Positions 30,213 through 39,495 are shown, counted from the first letter of the stretch. The stretch: DNA of 64,000 nucleotides from an uncultured archaeon (GCA_938045545.1 CALIBN010000008.1:32001-96000), one strand, 5' to 3'. Numbers and translations: made by a program. The notes: generated by a model not told the origin, from the sequence alone.

Positions 30213-31613
30213 TTAGACGATAGCTTCCCCCCTTTCGGTTAGGGAATAATACTCTCTCTTCCTACCCATGATCCTCTTGGCCTCCACTCTTTTAACATAC
30301 CCTTTTTCAACGAGATCGGAAAGATGCTGGTAAACCGTTGGAATCCTCACGTTCATGCCGTATTTCTCCCTCAACCCTCTCCAAACTTCGTAGCCGTACA
30401 TGTTTTTTTCAGACAGCAGCCTCAGGATGGCTGTCTTAGTAGAACCAAGTCTAACACCTCCGCTCAACTCCTCTATCAACACGCCTAGGCTAGACTTACT
30501 GTAGGCTATTTCCTTCATAACCCTAGGATCCTTGAGGCCGCTTCCAGTTACGACGCAAACCACTTTGGCGTCTCTCCTCACCTCTCCGCTTTCAACCAGC
30601 TTCATCAAGCCTGCTAGAGGAAGGCTTCCAGCCGGTTCTGCAAGTATCCCTTCTTTCTCAGCCAGTAGGCTCAGGGCTTCAAATATCTCTTTTTCGCTGA
30701 CGGATACTGCTAGCCCATCCGTCTGTCTTATTGCTCTGAGGGCAGCGTTTCCGAACCTGGGATTGGCCACGTTCAGGTCGAATATTCTGCTTCTCGGCTC
30801 GGCTTCAGCCTCGACAGCATCGAAGCCTTTTTCAAAAGCCCTCACTATAGGCTTACAGTCCTCCGTCTGGACTCCGACTATTCCTACGCTGCCCCCAGCG
30901 ACGCCAAGCTCCCTCAGCTCTCTCATCATTTTATAGGTTGCGTAGACGAGGCCTCCCTCCCCCATTGGGAGGACCACGTAGTCAAGTGGGCTCCCACTGA
31001 GCTGCAGGAGTATTTCAAGCATGATTGTTTTCTTAGCCTCGTTTATCAACGGGTCGTGCTCCGCCGCGACGATAGTTCCCCTTGAGGCGCGTTTCCCGAA
31101 GGAGTTGACTACGCTAACCTCCGCACCATATATTATCATCTGGTAAAGTTTCCCAACGTCTATCGTGGGCTTAACCTGAACATGCGTCTTTAAACCGGCT
31201 TTAGAGGAGTATGCTGCCAGCGATGCGCCAAGGTTCCCGGTTGAATAGGTGGAGATCCTTCCGTAACCTAGACTTAGGGCAACCGACACGAATAAGGCTG
31301 AGCTCCTGTCCAAGTATGAGCCCGTTGGTTCAACGGTCTCATCCTTAATCCATAGCTCTTCAACACCTATGCTTCTCCCGATTCTTAAGCCGTGTTGGAG
31401 CATTGTGTATCCCTCTCCTAAGGAGACTCTGAACTTTTTCTCAACAGCCGGAAGTATTCCGCTGTGCCTCCAGATTCCGTGCTCTCCCGGCTCCTCTAAA
31501 AAGGATGGTTTCATCTCCAGCGTTAATCCCTGTCCACACTTTTCACACAGCTTTCTTTCAACGCTGAAACTGTAGGCTGCCCCGCAGCTCGTGCATCTGA
31601 GAGCATGATTCAA
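30213..31613 (-). CDS. Threonine-synthase-like (fold type II) domain lacking the PLP lysine, with N-terminal Zn ribbon, fused to a C-terminal PadR-type winged HTH
   Basis: CTSC..CEKC, VSLGEGYT, KDETVEPTGSYLDR (canonical NPTGSFKDR), STGNLGASLAAY, EGILAEPAG, TGSGLKD; C-terminal ILRLLSEKNMYGYEVWRGL..IPTVYQHLSDLVEKGYV..RKREYYSLTERG. Confidence 0.9.
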   Translation of the reverse strand: MNHALRCTSCGAAYSFSVERKLCEKCGQGLTLEMKPSFLEEPGEHGIWRHSGILPAVEKKFRVSLGEGYTMLQHGLRIGRSIGVEELWIKDETVEPTGSYLDRSSALFVSVALSLGYGRISTYSTGNLGASLAAYSSKAGLKTHVQVKPTIDVGKLYQMIIYGAEVSVVNSFGKRASRGTIVAAEHDPLINEAKKTIMLEILLQLSGSPLDYVVLPMGEGGLVYATYKMMRELRELGVAGGSVGIVGVQTEDCKPIVRAFEKGFDAVEAEAEPRSRIFDLNVANPRFGNAALRAIRQTDGLAVSVSEKEIFEALSLLAEKEGILAEPAGSLPLAGLMKLVESGEVRRDAKVVCVVTGSGLKDPRVMKEIAYSKSSLGVLIEELSGGVRLGSTKTAILRLLSEKNMYGYEVWRGLREKYGMNVRIPTVYQHLSDLVEKGYVKRVEAKRIMGRKREYYSLTERGEAIV

Positions 31614-31624
31614 GCTATGTTCAA

Positions 31625-31638
31625 CCCTATATATAGGG
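31625..31638. promoter_or_regulatory. Perfect 14-bp palindrome CCCTATATATAGGG, candidate operator
   Basis: Lies between a TATA-like run (about 31646-31655) and the start (31613) of the ThrC-like/PadR gene. Confidence 0.55.
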
Positions 31639-31809
31639 GGGTACTTATATATATTTCTCCGCGCTTTTAAGATGGTCGGTTTCCCGCAGAGGCCGCTGCA
31701 CTTGATTCTTGAGTAACCAAGGTATTGAACGCTTCCAAAAATCCCTTTTCAAGGCTGATCACAGTATCATAGTAATGTTTTATAGATAGTTCGGGAAAGA
31801 TGCCTAGGA

Positions 31810-32880
31810 ATGGCCAAGCTGGATTTAAGGATTCTCCTCCTGCTAGCAATACTTATTACAACGGTTTCCTGCATAAGCCTGCTTATGATGCAGCAGCCTG
31901 GGAGAAGGGTGTTGCAGGGAAACTCAAGCAGTATCGAAGAGTATTTCAAAACAGTTCCCCTGGAGAGATTGGAGGTTAAGTTCTTCGGGTGGGTTACGCC
32001 CGACGATGAAAGCGTTAACAGCTTCTTGACTAACGCCGGCAAGTTCACCTGGGTCTCTCCAACAGGTTCGGTAATAGATGCAAACGGAGTTTTTACTCAA
32101 AAAGTAGACAGCAGGGTTGTCGAGGCCGCTAGAAGGAGTAATGTTAGCATTGTTCCACTCGTGGCAAACTCCGGCTTCGACAGGAGTTTGGCTCACAGGA
32201 TCCTGACGGATCAGGATGTTAGAAGACGCACGATGGAAAGCATAGTTCGCTTCATCGTTGAGAACAATTTCTCAGGGGTTAACATAGATTTCGAGAATAT
32301 TCCTCCGGAGGATAGGGGAGCGTTGAACTCCTACATGAGGGAGCTGGCTTCAATCCTACATTCCCACGGTAAGATTGTCACGATAGATGTTTCAGGTAAA
32401 ACTTGGGACGACACCTCGGGTTGGGGCGGGGCATGGGACTATAGGGCCTTAGGAGAGATCTGCGACTATGTTTGCATAATGTGTTACGACTACCACTGGT
32501 CTGGAAGCGAAGCAGGCCCAATAGGACCGTTAGGCTGGCTCAGGCAGGTGGTTGAACACGCGCTTTCAACAATACCAAGGGAGAAGATAATAATCGGGAT
32601 TCCATTCTACGGTTACAGGTGGCTTGGTAGGAATGGTGTCGGCCTAACTTTCAAACAAGCATTGGAAACTGCTAAAAACGTTGATACGCAGGTTTTTCTT
32701 AGCGAGAAGGATGGTGAATACCACTATTCCTACGGATCGTACGAGGTTTGGTTCCAAGGCGCGAAGTCGGTTGAGCTTAAGGCTTCCACAGTGCTTTCAT
32801 ACGGGATAGACAAGATAGCTGCCTGGAGGGTTGGACAGGAGGATCCAAGAGTCTGGGAGGTTATAAGCAGGAAGCCTTAG
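31810..32880 (+). CDS. GH18 glycoside hydrolase (YaaH/chitinase-like), N-terminal membrane anchor
   Basis: FSGVNIDFE catalytic motif, IMCYDYH, AGPIGP, KIIIGIPFYGY, AWRVGQED. Confidence 0.92.
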   Translation: MAKLDLRILLLLAILITTVSCISLLMMQQPGRRVLQGNSSSIEEYFKTVPLERLEVKFFGWVTPDDESVNSFLTNAGKFTWVSPTGSVIDANGVFTQKVDSRVVEAARRSNVSIVPLVANSGFDRSLAHRILTDQDVRRRTMESIVRFIVENNFSGVNIDFENIPPEDRGALNSYMRELASILHSHGKIVTIDVSGKTWDDTSGWGGAWDYRALGEICDYVCIMCYDYHWSGSEAGPIGPLGWLRQVVEHALSTIPREKIIIGIPFYGYRWLGRNGVGLTFKQALETAKNVDTQVFLSEKDGEYHYSYGSYEVWFQGAKSVELKASTVLSYGIDKIAAWRVGQEDPRVWEVISRKP

Positions 32881-32885
32881 CCCTC

Positions 32886-33440
32886 TCAAGCAGACCCCGT
32901 TTCAACTCCGGAATCCTTGTTCTCCCTGATTATTCTGATAAACTCCGTGAGCAGCAGTATTACTAGAAGGGCAATCAGCACTATTCTGCCGAAACTCGTG
33001 TTGGCCAGCAGCAGGATGAAGCCGACCAAGTGTATTTTTATCCCGACCCATTTCCCAACAATGTCCTCAGCGCTTGGATTATAACTGTCTGGATAAGCAT
33101 TGTAATCCCCCTTCGTAACATACCGCTGGCCGCCATACTGGTCCGCTTTAACTCCTATTATGCGGTGTACAATATTCTTCCCTGAGTATGGGTTTCTATA
33201 GACGACTACATCGCCCACCTGTAGATTCTCCTTCCCGCTTAAGAGCAGCAGGTCCCCTGGGAACAGGGTTGGATACATGCTGCTGACATACCAGGGGCTC
33301 ATGTCTATCTCCACGACTGCCAGCGGGCTGCTGGTGCCCATCAGACTGTTTAGAAGAGATATTGCCACCGCTATTATTACTACTGGAAGTATGATTGTAG
33401 TAAGGAATACGTTTAAAGTTTCTTTAAACCTCTTATCCAT
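32886..33440 (-). CDS. Archaeal signal peptidase I (Sec11/SipW type)
   Basis: SSMYPT (Ser), GDVVVY, IVHRI (His), TKGDYN..D; N- and C-terminal TM helices. Confidence 0.92.
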   Translation of the reverse strand: MDKRFKETLNVFLTTIILPVVIIAVAISLLNSLMGTSSPLAVVEIDMSPWYVSSMYPTLFPGDLLLLSGKENLQVGDVVVYRNPYSGKNIVHRIIGVKADQYGGQRYVTKGDYNAYPDSYNPSAEDIVGKWVGIKIHLVGFILLLANTSFGRIVLIALLVILLLTEFIRIIRENKDSGVETGSA

Positions 33441-33454
33441 TTTCTAGAGCCCGT

Positions 33455-34129
33455 CTAGTCCTCCTCTACCTCCACATATCCTGTTTCAAAATTCCCCCCG
33501 GCTGCTTCAGGCCGAGCCCCTTCAGCCTCTCTTCTAAGCCTGATCAAGGAGTATACAAGGATCGCGAGTCCAGCTGCGAAGCCTACGGACGGCCCCACTG
33601 TTCTCAGAATGTCAACCTGCTCCTCCCATTCAGTGGCCCTGAGGAACCACGACTCCGTTATTTTGAACGTTGCTTCGACAGCACTATTACCAGGGGTGGT
33701 AGCGTTCAACACGTATGTGCCGTTAGCACTTATCATTAGATCCCTAGTATGGTTTCCAGCGTTGAAACTGGTTTGATTAATACTGGTACTGTTCTTCGCG
33801 AATACTAGGATGTTGATCGTACCGTTAGTTTCAACGTTAAGGCTCACTTTATACTGTTCCCCTCTCGCCGGGTTTAAAGGAACCTCTATTATCTTCTCCA
33901 TGCCGGTTATAACCTTGGAGAGTGGCCCATATTCCTGGGGTTGGGACGGTATTAAAACCTCCTTGGGGGTAAGCATGGTGATGGGTTTTCCGTTGAAAAG
34001 CATGTTAACTACGAAGGGTGATGAAACGGATGCGAGTACCACGCCTACGATAGCCATGATTAAACATTTCTTCCCAACATCCATTTCTCGCTCACTCCGA
34101 TACTTTCTCCAGCCTCCCGTTTCTTTCAA
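33455..34129 (-). CDS. Membrane protein with two TM helices flanking an extracellular beta-rich domain
   Basis: Hydrophobic N- and C-terminal segments, many N-glycosylation sequons; real start probably near 34084. Confidence 0.75.
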   Translation of the reverse strand: MKETGGWRKYRSEREMDVGKKCLIMAIVGVVLASVSSPFVVNMLFNGKPITMLTPKEVLIPSQPQEYGPLSKVITGMEKIIEVPLNPARGEQYKVSLNVETNGTINILVFAKNSTSINQTSFNAGNHTRDLMISANGTYVLNATTPGNSAVEATFKITESWFLRATEWEEQVDILRTVGPSVGFAAGLAILVYSLIRLRREAEGARPEAAGGNFETGYVEVEED

Positions 34130-34412
34130 CTAGTAAGAATATGTGTTTACTGTCAACTTGGCTGTATTTTTCTGAGACGATGCGTCTAGTTTCCTCCATG
34201 TGTCTTCGCGCATACTCCTCGCTCTTAAAGATTATCTTTACTGAATAAGGGTCGCCTTCCTTCATCCTCTTCTTGAGCTTCTGCCTGAATATTTTTGCCT
34301 CCTGCTCGTCAGCCAGGTAAACCTTACCGCTGGCAATCTCACCGTCGCCATATATTATGCTAACGACCCTGGTATACTTATCGGGCTGTCCCATCTCAAC
34401 TATTTTCAGCAA
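34092..34412 (-). CDS. Hypothetical protein
   Basis: 106-aa charged ORF, co-oriented and adjacent to the downstream genes. Confidence 0.7.
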   Translation of the reverse strand: MLKIVEMGQPDKYTRVVSIIYGDGEIASGKVYLADEQEAKIFRQKLKKRMKEGDPYSVKIIFKSEEYARRHMEETRRIVSEKYSQVDSKHIFLLVERNGRLEKVSE

Positions 34413-34617
34413 AGGCTCCCCCGAAGTGTTGAGGCGGTGTGGATTTAAGGTTTACGGTGGAAACTAAAACTGTTTTACAGAATTAAAAAACTCTTTCTAA
34501 GCAGGGCCAATGCTTTACACAGGATTACGTCTCCAAATGTTCTTCGACGCTCGGTGAACCTCGCATCGGCCTAAGCATCAGGTTTATATATCTTATTGTT
34601 GTCATAATCCTGCCACT

Positions 34618-35874
34618 ATGAATTCCTCAGAAATATTTGAAGCTGCTTCTAAAAGCCGACTTTTAAAAGATCCCTACGTGGAAAAAATATGGAGTTTGAT
34701 GAATGATGAAAGCCTTTTCTCAAAGTCTCCGGATTATCTCAGTAAATTGAGGAAGAGCCTTTTTAGAGACGCGTTAAACTATTTTTCAAGACATAGTGAT
34801 TATTACCGTGAGCTTTTCGAGAGGCTTGAAGTAAACCCCAGGGATGCTGAGCTTGAGGATTTAGCTAAGCTTGCAGTCCCATCCGATATTCTGAGGGGGG
34901 AAGGCCATAAGCAGTTTCTGATCAAAGACGTGGAGGAGAATGGAGAGTATTTCATGTCAAGCGGCACTACCAATCCTAATCCTGTAAAGGTCTATAGGAG
35001 CCCTCTCGACTTGGCGATCATGATAAAGGGCAATACTTTTCTTTTCGAATACGTCTACGGGAAGGAGGTTGAAAGCGAGAAGGGGATCGCGCTTTTCATG
35101 GCTGCCCCGGAGCTCAGATACAGGCTTAACTTCGTTGCTTTCGTGCATCTTACTTTAGAATCGAAGAAAATCCCTCTTCTCTACGGTATGAACCTGGTTG
35201 AAGGAACTACGGATGGTAAGCCTTGGCAGAAACTCGTCCCCAACCAGGAGAATGTTCTCCGTTTCCTGAGAAGCAGGGAAGAGCCGAAGCTCCTTTTCAC
35301 CGCACCCGCCGGCGTCTATTTGCTGTCTAAAAAGTTTGAGGATATGAACATTGTTCAACGGCTACTCTATAGGCTGATTAAAATCCTCCCGATAAACCTT
35401 GGAAAGGGTGGTGTAGTTGTAACAGGAGGTGGGACCAAGGGTTTTGACCTGCCGCCCTACGATAAGATTGTAGAGTTCTCAAGGAAATATTTTGTTTCAC
35501 GCGGGCATGATGGGAGTGCTCAGGCTGTTCCATTCATGGATGTTTACGGGATGACTGAAACATTAACCGCTATGCTGGACAAGTTTGGAGAAATGGATAA
35601 GATACCGCACCCGCTTTCAGAAGTTTTCATTCTGAACCCTAAAACCTTCGAGTTAGCCAGAGGGGAGAATGCTGAGGGTGTTGTCGGAATATTTAATCCT
35701 TTCACGACATCTTGGCTTGAAATATTTTATCCTGGAGACATTATGCGCAGCCATCCTTCCAACAGGTATTACGGGAGGGAGTATGTTTACGTGAGGAGGC
35801 TGAGCGTAGACGAGGGCTGGAGTCTTCAGAGGGCGTGCGGCGGAACCCTTGAGGAACTAATGGGTAGAGGCTAG
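34618..35874 (+). CDS. LuxE-like acyl-protein synthetase (ANL adenylating family)
   Basis: P-loop FMSSGTTN, TGGG.KG, DVYGMTE, GD motif, C-terminal QRACGG Cys; TATA TTTATATAT near 34584. Confidence 0.8.
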   Translation: MNSSEIFEAASKSRLLKDPYVEKIWSLMNDESLFSKSPDYLSKLRKSLFRDALNYFSRHSDYYRELFERLEVNPRDAELEDLAKLAVPSDILRGEGHKQFLIKDVEENGEYFMSSGTTNPNPVKVYRSPLDLAIMIKGNTFLFEYVYGKEVESEKGIALFMAAPELRYRLNFVAFVHLTLESKKIPLLYGMNLVEGTTDGKPWQKLVPNQENVLRFLRSREEPKLLFTAPAGVYLLSKKFEDMNIVQRLLYRLIKILPINLGKGGVVVTGGGTKGFDLPPYDKIVEFSRKYFVSRGHDGSAQAVPFMDVYGMTETLTAMLDKFGEMDKIPHPLSEVFILNPKTFELARGENAEGVVGIFNPFTTSWLEIFYPGDIMRSHPSNRYYGREYVYVRRLSVDEGWSLQRACGGTLEELMGRG

Positions 35875-37335
35875 TTGAACATCATGCTTGAGCTTAAGCC
35901 TTTTTGCAGCCACAGGCATACTGTTGTGGAGAAAACGCAGAATCGCTACAGAATCCTGGAGATCAGCAGTGGAAGCATGAGGGAGATCATTAACATGTCT
36001 CCAGCGATTCAGGAAAGGCTTTCGAGCATAGGGATTCAGGAAAGGCTTGGAGTAATTGGTGAGATTGGTAAAATTTGGAGGGAGAAGCTCAACGATGGCA
36101 AGCTTGAAGAGTTGAAAAAAACTATCGCTAGAACAACAGGGTACAGTGAGAAGCTTATAGAAATGGAGTTCTCCCTAATCCCTATGGTTTTAAGCAAGGA
36201 AAGCCTTTGTGAAAACCTCGCGTGCTCCCCAGCCGGAAGTATTCTTGCGTTTGAAAGGTTCGTCGAGATAAAGAACGGCGAGAGCTTTAGAATTGCTCCA
36301 GCCGGGCCGGTGTTCATCATAAGCTCGGGGAACTCGCTTCTCCCAGCAATAATTCCTTCAACAATATCCCTCGCAACCGGCAACCTAACTATAGTAAAAC
36401 CCTCGCTTTCAAACTACTTGGGGGTTGTTGAAACATATGGAGCTTTATCGGAAATCGCTTCAAACTGCGAGGAGGCGGGAACCCTTAGGGACGCGCTTGT
36501 CATAAGCTACTTTACGCATGATAGTGCCTCCCTAAAATACCTTCTTAGCGAGGCTGAACTCGGCGTGGTGAACTTTTGGGGTGGTGAGCCGGCTAGAACC
36601 AGTGTTGCGAGAATGGTTTCGGAAAATCCTCATCGACCTAAACTTGTTGTGAATGGGCCTTTAACTGGATGTGCCCTTATAGATGAAAAGTCCGCTGACG
36701 AGAAAACGGCTGAAGGCTTAGCTAGAAACATTATCCTCTATGATCAACAGCTATGCAGTTCCCCAACCTCAGGGTTTTTCATCGGCTCCTGGCAGAACGC
36801 TCTTTCCTTCGCCAGTATGGTTGAAAGGTTTCTGAACGAAATTGGTTCAGATTTCGATTCTGACTTCGACGATGCCAGTATTTTTCTAACACAGTCTGCT
36901 AGAAAGGTCTTCCAGTTGAAAGGCTCGCACGTACTATCTTCGAAAAACCCTAGGAATTTTTGGACTCTGGCAGTGTCAAAGGAGAAAAGGGTTCTGGACG
37001 AGGTGGTCAATTCTCTTCCAGCCTTCAACATCTATGCTCGCAGAAGATTCTTGGAACTGGTGGTTGTAGGCTCCGTTGAAGAAGCATTGGAGCACGTTAG
37101 GAAGATTCCCGGATCACCCGCCTTCAAAGACGTTGATGGTGTTCAAACAATCGGGTACTCTATGAGCATGGATGAAAAGGTTCTTGAAAAGCTTGTTTCC
37201 CTTAGAGTATTCAGGGTTGTGCCGTTAAGCGACATGTTCATGAGGAGTCCCATTGAGCCCTACGACGGCGTCCCCATGCTCTCCGCGTTTACAAAAATAG
37301 TTTACCATAGGGATTTACAGCTGTTCAAGCCATGA
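35875..37335 (+). CDS. LuxC-like acyl-CoA/acyl-protein reductase (ALDH fold)
   Basis: GPVFIISSGN, IVKPS, FWGGE, NGP, YDQQLCSSP (catalytic Cys), C-terminal PYDG. Confidence 0.85.
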   Translation: MNIMLELKPFCSHRHTVVEKTQNRYRILEISSGSMREIINMSPAIQERLSSIGIQERLGVIGEIGKIWREKLNDGKLEELKKTIARTTGYSEKLIEMEFSLIPMVLSKESLCENLACSPAGSILAFERFVEIKNGESFRIAPAGPVFIISSGNSLLPAIIPSTISLATGNLTIVKPSLSNYLGVVETYGALSEIASNCEEAGTLRDALVISYFTHDSASLKYLLSEAELGVVNFWGGEPARTSVARMVSENPHRPKLVVNGPLTGCALIDEKSADEKTAEGLARNIILYDQQLCSSPTSGFFIGSWQNALSFASMVERFLNEIGSDFDSDFDDASIFLTQSARKVFQLKGSHVLSSKNPRNFWTLAVSKEKRVLDEVVNSLPAFNIYARRRFLELVVVGSVEEALEHVRKIPGSPAFKDVDGVQTIGYSMSMDEKVLEKLVSLRVFRVVPLSDMFMRSPIEPYDGVPMLSAFTKIVYHRDLQLFKP

Positions 37336-38327
37336 AGATACTCGTAACCGGCGCGTCTGGCTTTCTAGGCGGCCATCTGGTTGAGGAAATGGTTTCAAAG
37401 GGGTTTAGTGTAATCGGCATGGTTCGGAAAAGCAGTGACACGAGTCTCCTTAGAAGCATAGGTGTGGATCTGAGGATTGGGGATCTGACTGATCCTGAAA
37501 GCCTAAGCCGGGTTACTGAGAACATTGATATCGTCATACATCTTGCCGCATACTACACTTTCTTCGGGAAGAAAGAGATGTACAGGAGGATTAACGTGGA
37601 GGGAACTAGGCTTCTTCTAGAAGCGGCTTTAAGAAACGGTGTGAAAAGATTCGTATACTGCAGCTCTACTGAGGCCATAGGTCCTGTTAAGAGCCCGCCG
37701 GCTGAGGAAGATTCCCCACCGAACCCTTCCTACGAGTACGGAAGGTCTAAACTCGAGGCTGAAAAAATAGTTAGGAGTTACGGTGAGAAAGGTGTCGAAT
37801 ACACGATCCTCAGACCATCCGGAATATATGGTCCAAGGAATGTTGACGACATATCCTACTGGTTTATCACTGCTTTCGCTAGAAACGCTCTCCCAACGAG
37901 GATTATAGTCGGAGACGGGAGGAACCTTATACAATTCGCGTATGTGAAGGATGTGGTTCAGGGTTTCCTCTTGGTTTTGGATAAGCCTGACATATCTAGA
38001 AACCAGACGTATTTCATAAGCGAGGACAAGGCATACACCTATCTGGAGGTCTATGAAATATTGTCTGAGCTCTGCAACAGGGCTCCTCCTAGGATTCATG
38101 TTCCCCCTGTTCTTGCAAAGACGTTTGTGGCTCCGGTGGAATTTTTAAACAGGCTAAGGGGGAGAACTGTTTTCACTTGGAAAACCAGTACTGTGAACGA
38201 TCTGACGTGTGACAGGGCATACAGCATCATGAAAGCGGTGAGGGAGCTAGGGTTTAAGCCAAAATACGATCTTAGGACTGGCTTACGGGAGACCTTGGAA
38301 TGGTACAGGGAGAACGGCTATATCTGA
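37332..38327 (+). CDS. Extended SDR, NAD-dependent epimerase/dehydratase (3-beta-HSD/OleD-like)
   Basis: TGASGFLG, HLAA, NVEGT, SSTEA, YGRSK, LRPSGIYGP; ATGA overlap with the luxC-like stop. Confidence 0.92.
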   Translation: MKILVTGASGFLGGHLVEEMVSKGFSVIGMVRKSSDTSLLRSIGVDLRIGDLTDPESLSRVTENIDIVIHLAAYYTFFGKKEMYRRINVEGTRLLLEAALRNGVKRFVYCSSTEAIGPVKSPPAEEDSPPNPSYEYGRSKLEAEKIVRSYGEKGVEYTILRPSGIYGPRNVDDISYWFITAFARNALPTRIIVGDGRNLIQFAYVKDVVQGFLLVLDKPDISRNQTYFISEDKAYTYLEVYEILSELCNRAPPRIHVPPVLAKTFVAPVEFLNRLRGRTVFTWKTSTVNDLTCDRAYSIMKAVRELGFKPKYDLRTGLRETLEWYRENGYI

Positions 38328-38407
38328 TGGTGAGCATGCAGGTCTTATAAGCTCTGGTTAAAGCAATAAGGTTTATCTTAAGCAGACCGAACCCCACTAC
38401 AATCACG

Positions 38408-39100
38408 ATGAGGATAAGAGTGCTGTTTGGAACCATCGACAGCTCGCTGCTCCGCTCTGATGCGGTTATTGCTATAGATGTTTTACGCTCGTCTACAACC
38501 ATTCTAACAGCCTTGGCAAATGGTGCTGAAAGCGTTATTCCTGTCGCATCTGTAGATGAAGCTCTAACGGTCGGAAATAGGCTTCAAGCAGTGATTGGCG
38601 GGGAGGTGAACAGTGTTAAGCCCCTTATGTTTCACCTTGGGAACTCTCCGCTTGAATACGTTCGGGATAAGATAGGCGGTAAAAAGGTTGTGCTCTACAC
38701 GTCGAGTGGAACAAGGCTCTTAAGGTTTCTGATGGCTGTTTCGAAAAAAGTATTGGTGGGAGCGATTGTCAACGTTTCCACGCTGGCGGAGTACATTGCT
38801 GAAGAAGGTTTTGAAAACGTGGCGATCGTCACAGCCGGTAAAATCGGCTTACCTGCTCTTGAAGACTCTTATTGTGCAGGGTTGATCGCTAAAAACCTTC
38901 CTTGGGAGGAGTGCGATGGAAACGCTGAGATCGTGATGAAGATGGCTGAGCTTAACATAGGTGTGGTGAAGAGGTCGCTTCACGCTTTGGAGCTTGTTAA
39001 ACTAGGCTTGGAAAGGGATGTCGAGTATTCTCTTAATCCCGACAGCATCAGGATAGTGGCTGGCGCGGATCCTTTCAAGGGATGTATCCAGCTCCTTTAA
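38408..39100 (+). CDS. comB: 2-phosphosulfolactate phosphatase family protein
   Basis: IDVLRSSTTI, GGE, LGNSP, TSSGT, ALEDSYCAG. Confidence 0.85.
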   Translation: MRIRVLFGTIDSSLLRSDAVIAIDVLRSSTTILTALANGAESVIPVASVDEALTVGNRLQAVIGGEVNSVKPLMFHLGNSPLEYVRDKIGGKKVVLYTSSGTRLLRFLMAVSKKVLVGAIVNVSTLAEYIAEEGFENVAIVTAGKIGLPALEDSYCAGLIAKNLPWEECDGNAEIVMKMAELNIGVVKRSLHALELVKLGLERDVEYSLNPDSIRIVAGADPFKGCIQLL

Positions 39101-39377
39101 CAACTCCTTTCTTCAACATTTTTCTCTGCTCCTTATTCTGCTCATACATCCTCACAGCCAGCGAGTGTGAACACATTCTCCTCCTCAAATAGCCTAGGCA
39201 GCTGCAGTTATAATTGCCATATGCATCTCTAGAAACTATGTAAACCCCGTGATCGCCTTTAACCTCGTAGCTTGATTTGTCCAGCTGGCTGATCCTCTTC
39301 TCTTTAAGAATTGTCTTCGCCTTCAGCACCAGTTTCTCGACTCCCGTCGCATCCCTTTTCCCGCTTTCTTCGCCCAT
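39075..39377 (-). CDS. SWIM zinc-finger protein
   Basis: Y.V..CSC...RRMCSHSLAV. Confidence 0.8.
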   Translation of the reverse strand: MGEESGKRDATGVEKLVLKAKTILKEKRISQLDKSSYEVKGDHGVYIVSRDAYGNYNCSCLGYLRRRMCSHSLAVRMYEQNKEQRKMLKKGVVKGAGYIP

Positions 39378-39495
39378 CTCTTCAAGACCCTGCCTAAAGA
39401 GTCTTATCCCGCGTTTTTAAGATTTCCATGCCTTTTGACATGCGGGTAACCAGGTTTTGAAAGCCTAAATTACCCTGGGGAGCCAAGCATAATGT

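Noticed and set aside
34618-38327. Bioluminescence (lux) operon
   Set aside because: No luxA/luxB, luxD or luxG in the window; only the acyl-reductase components are present.
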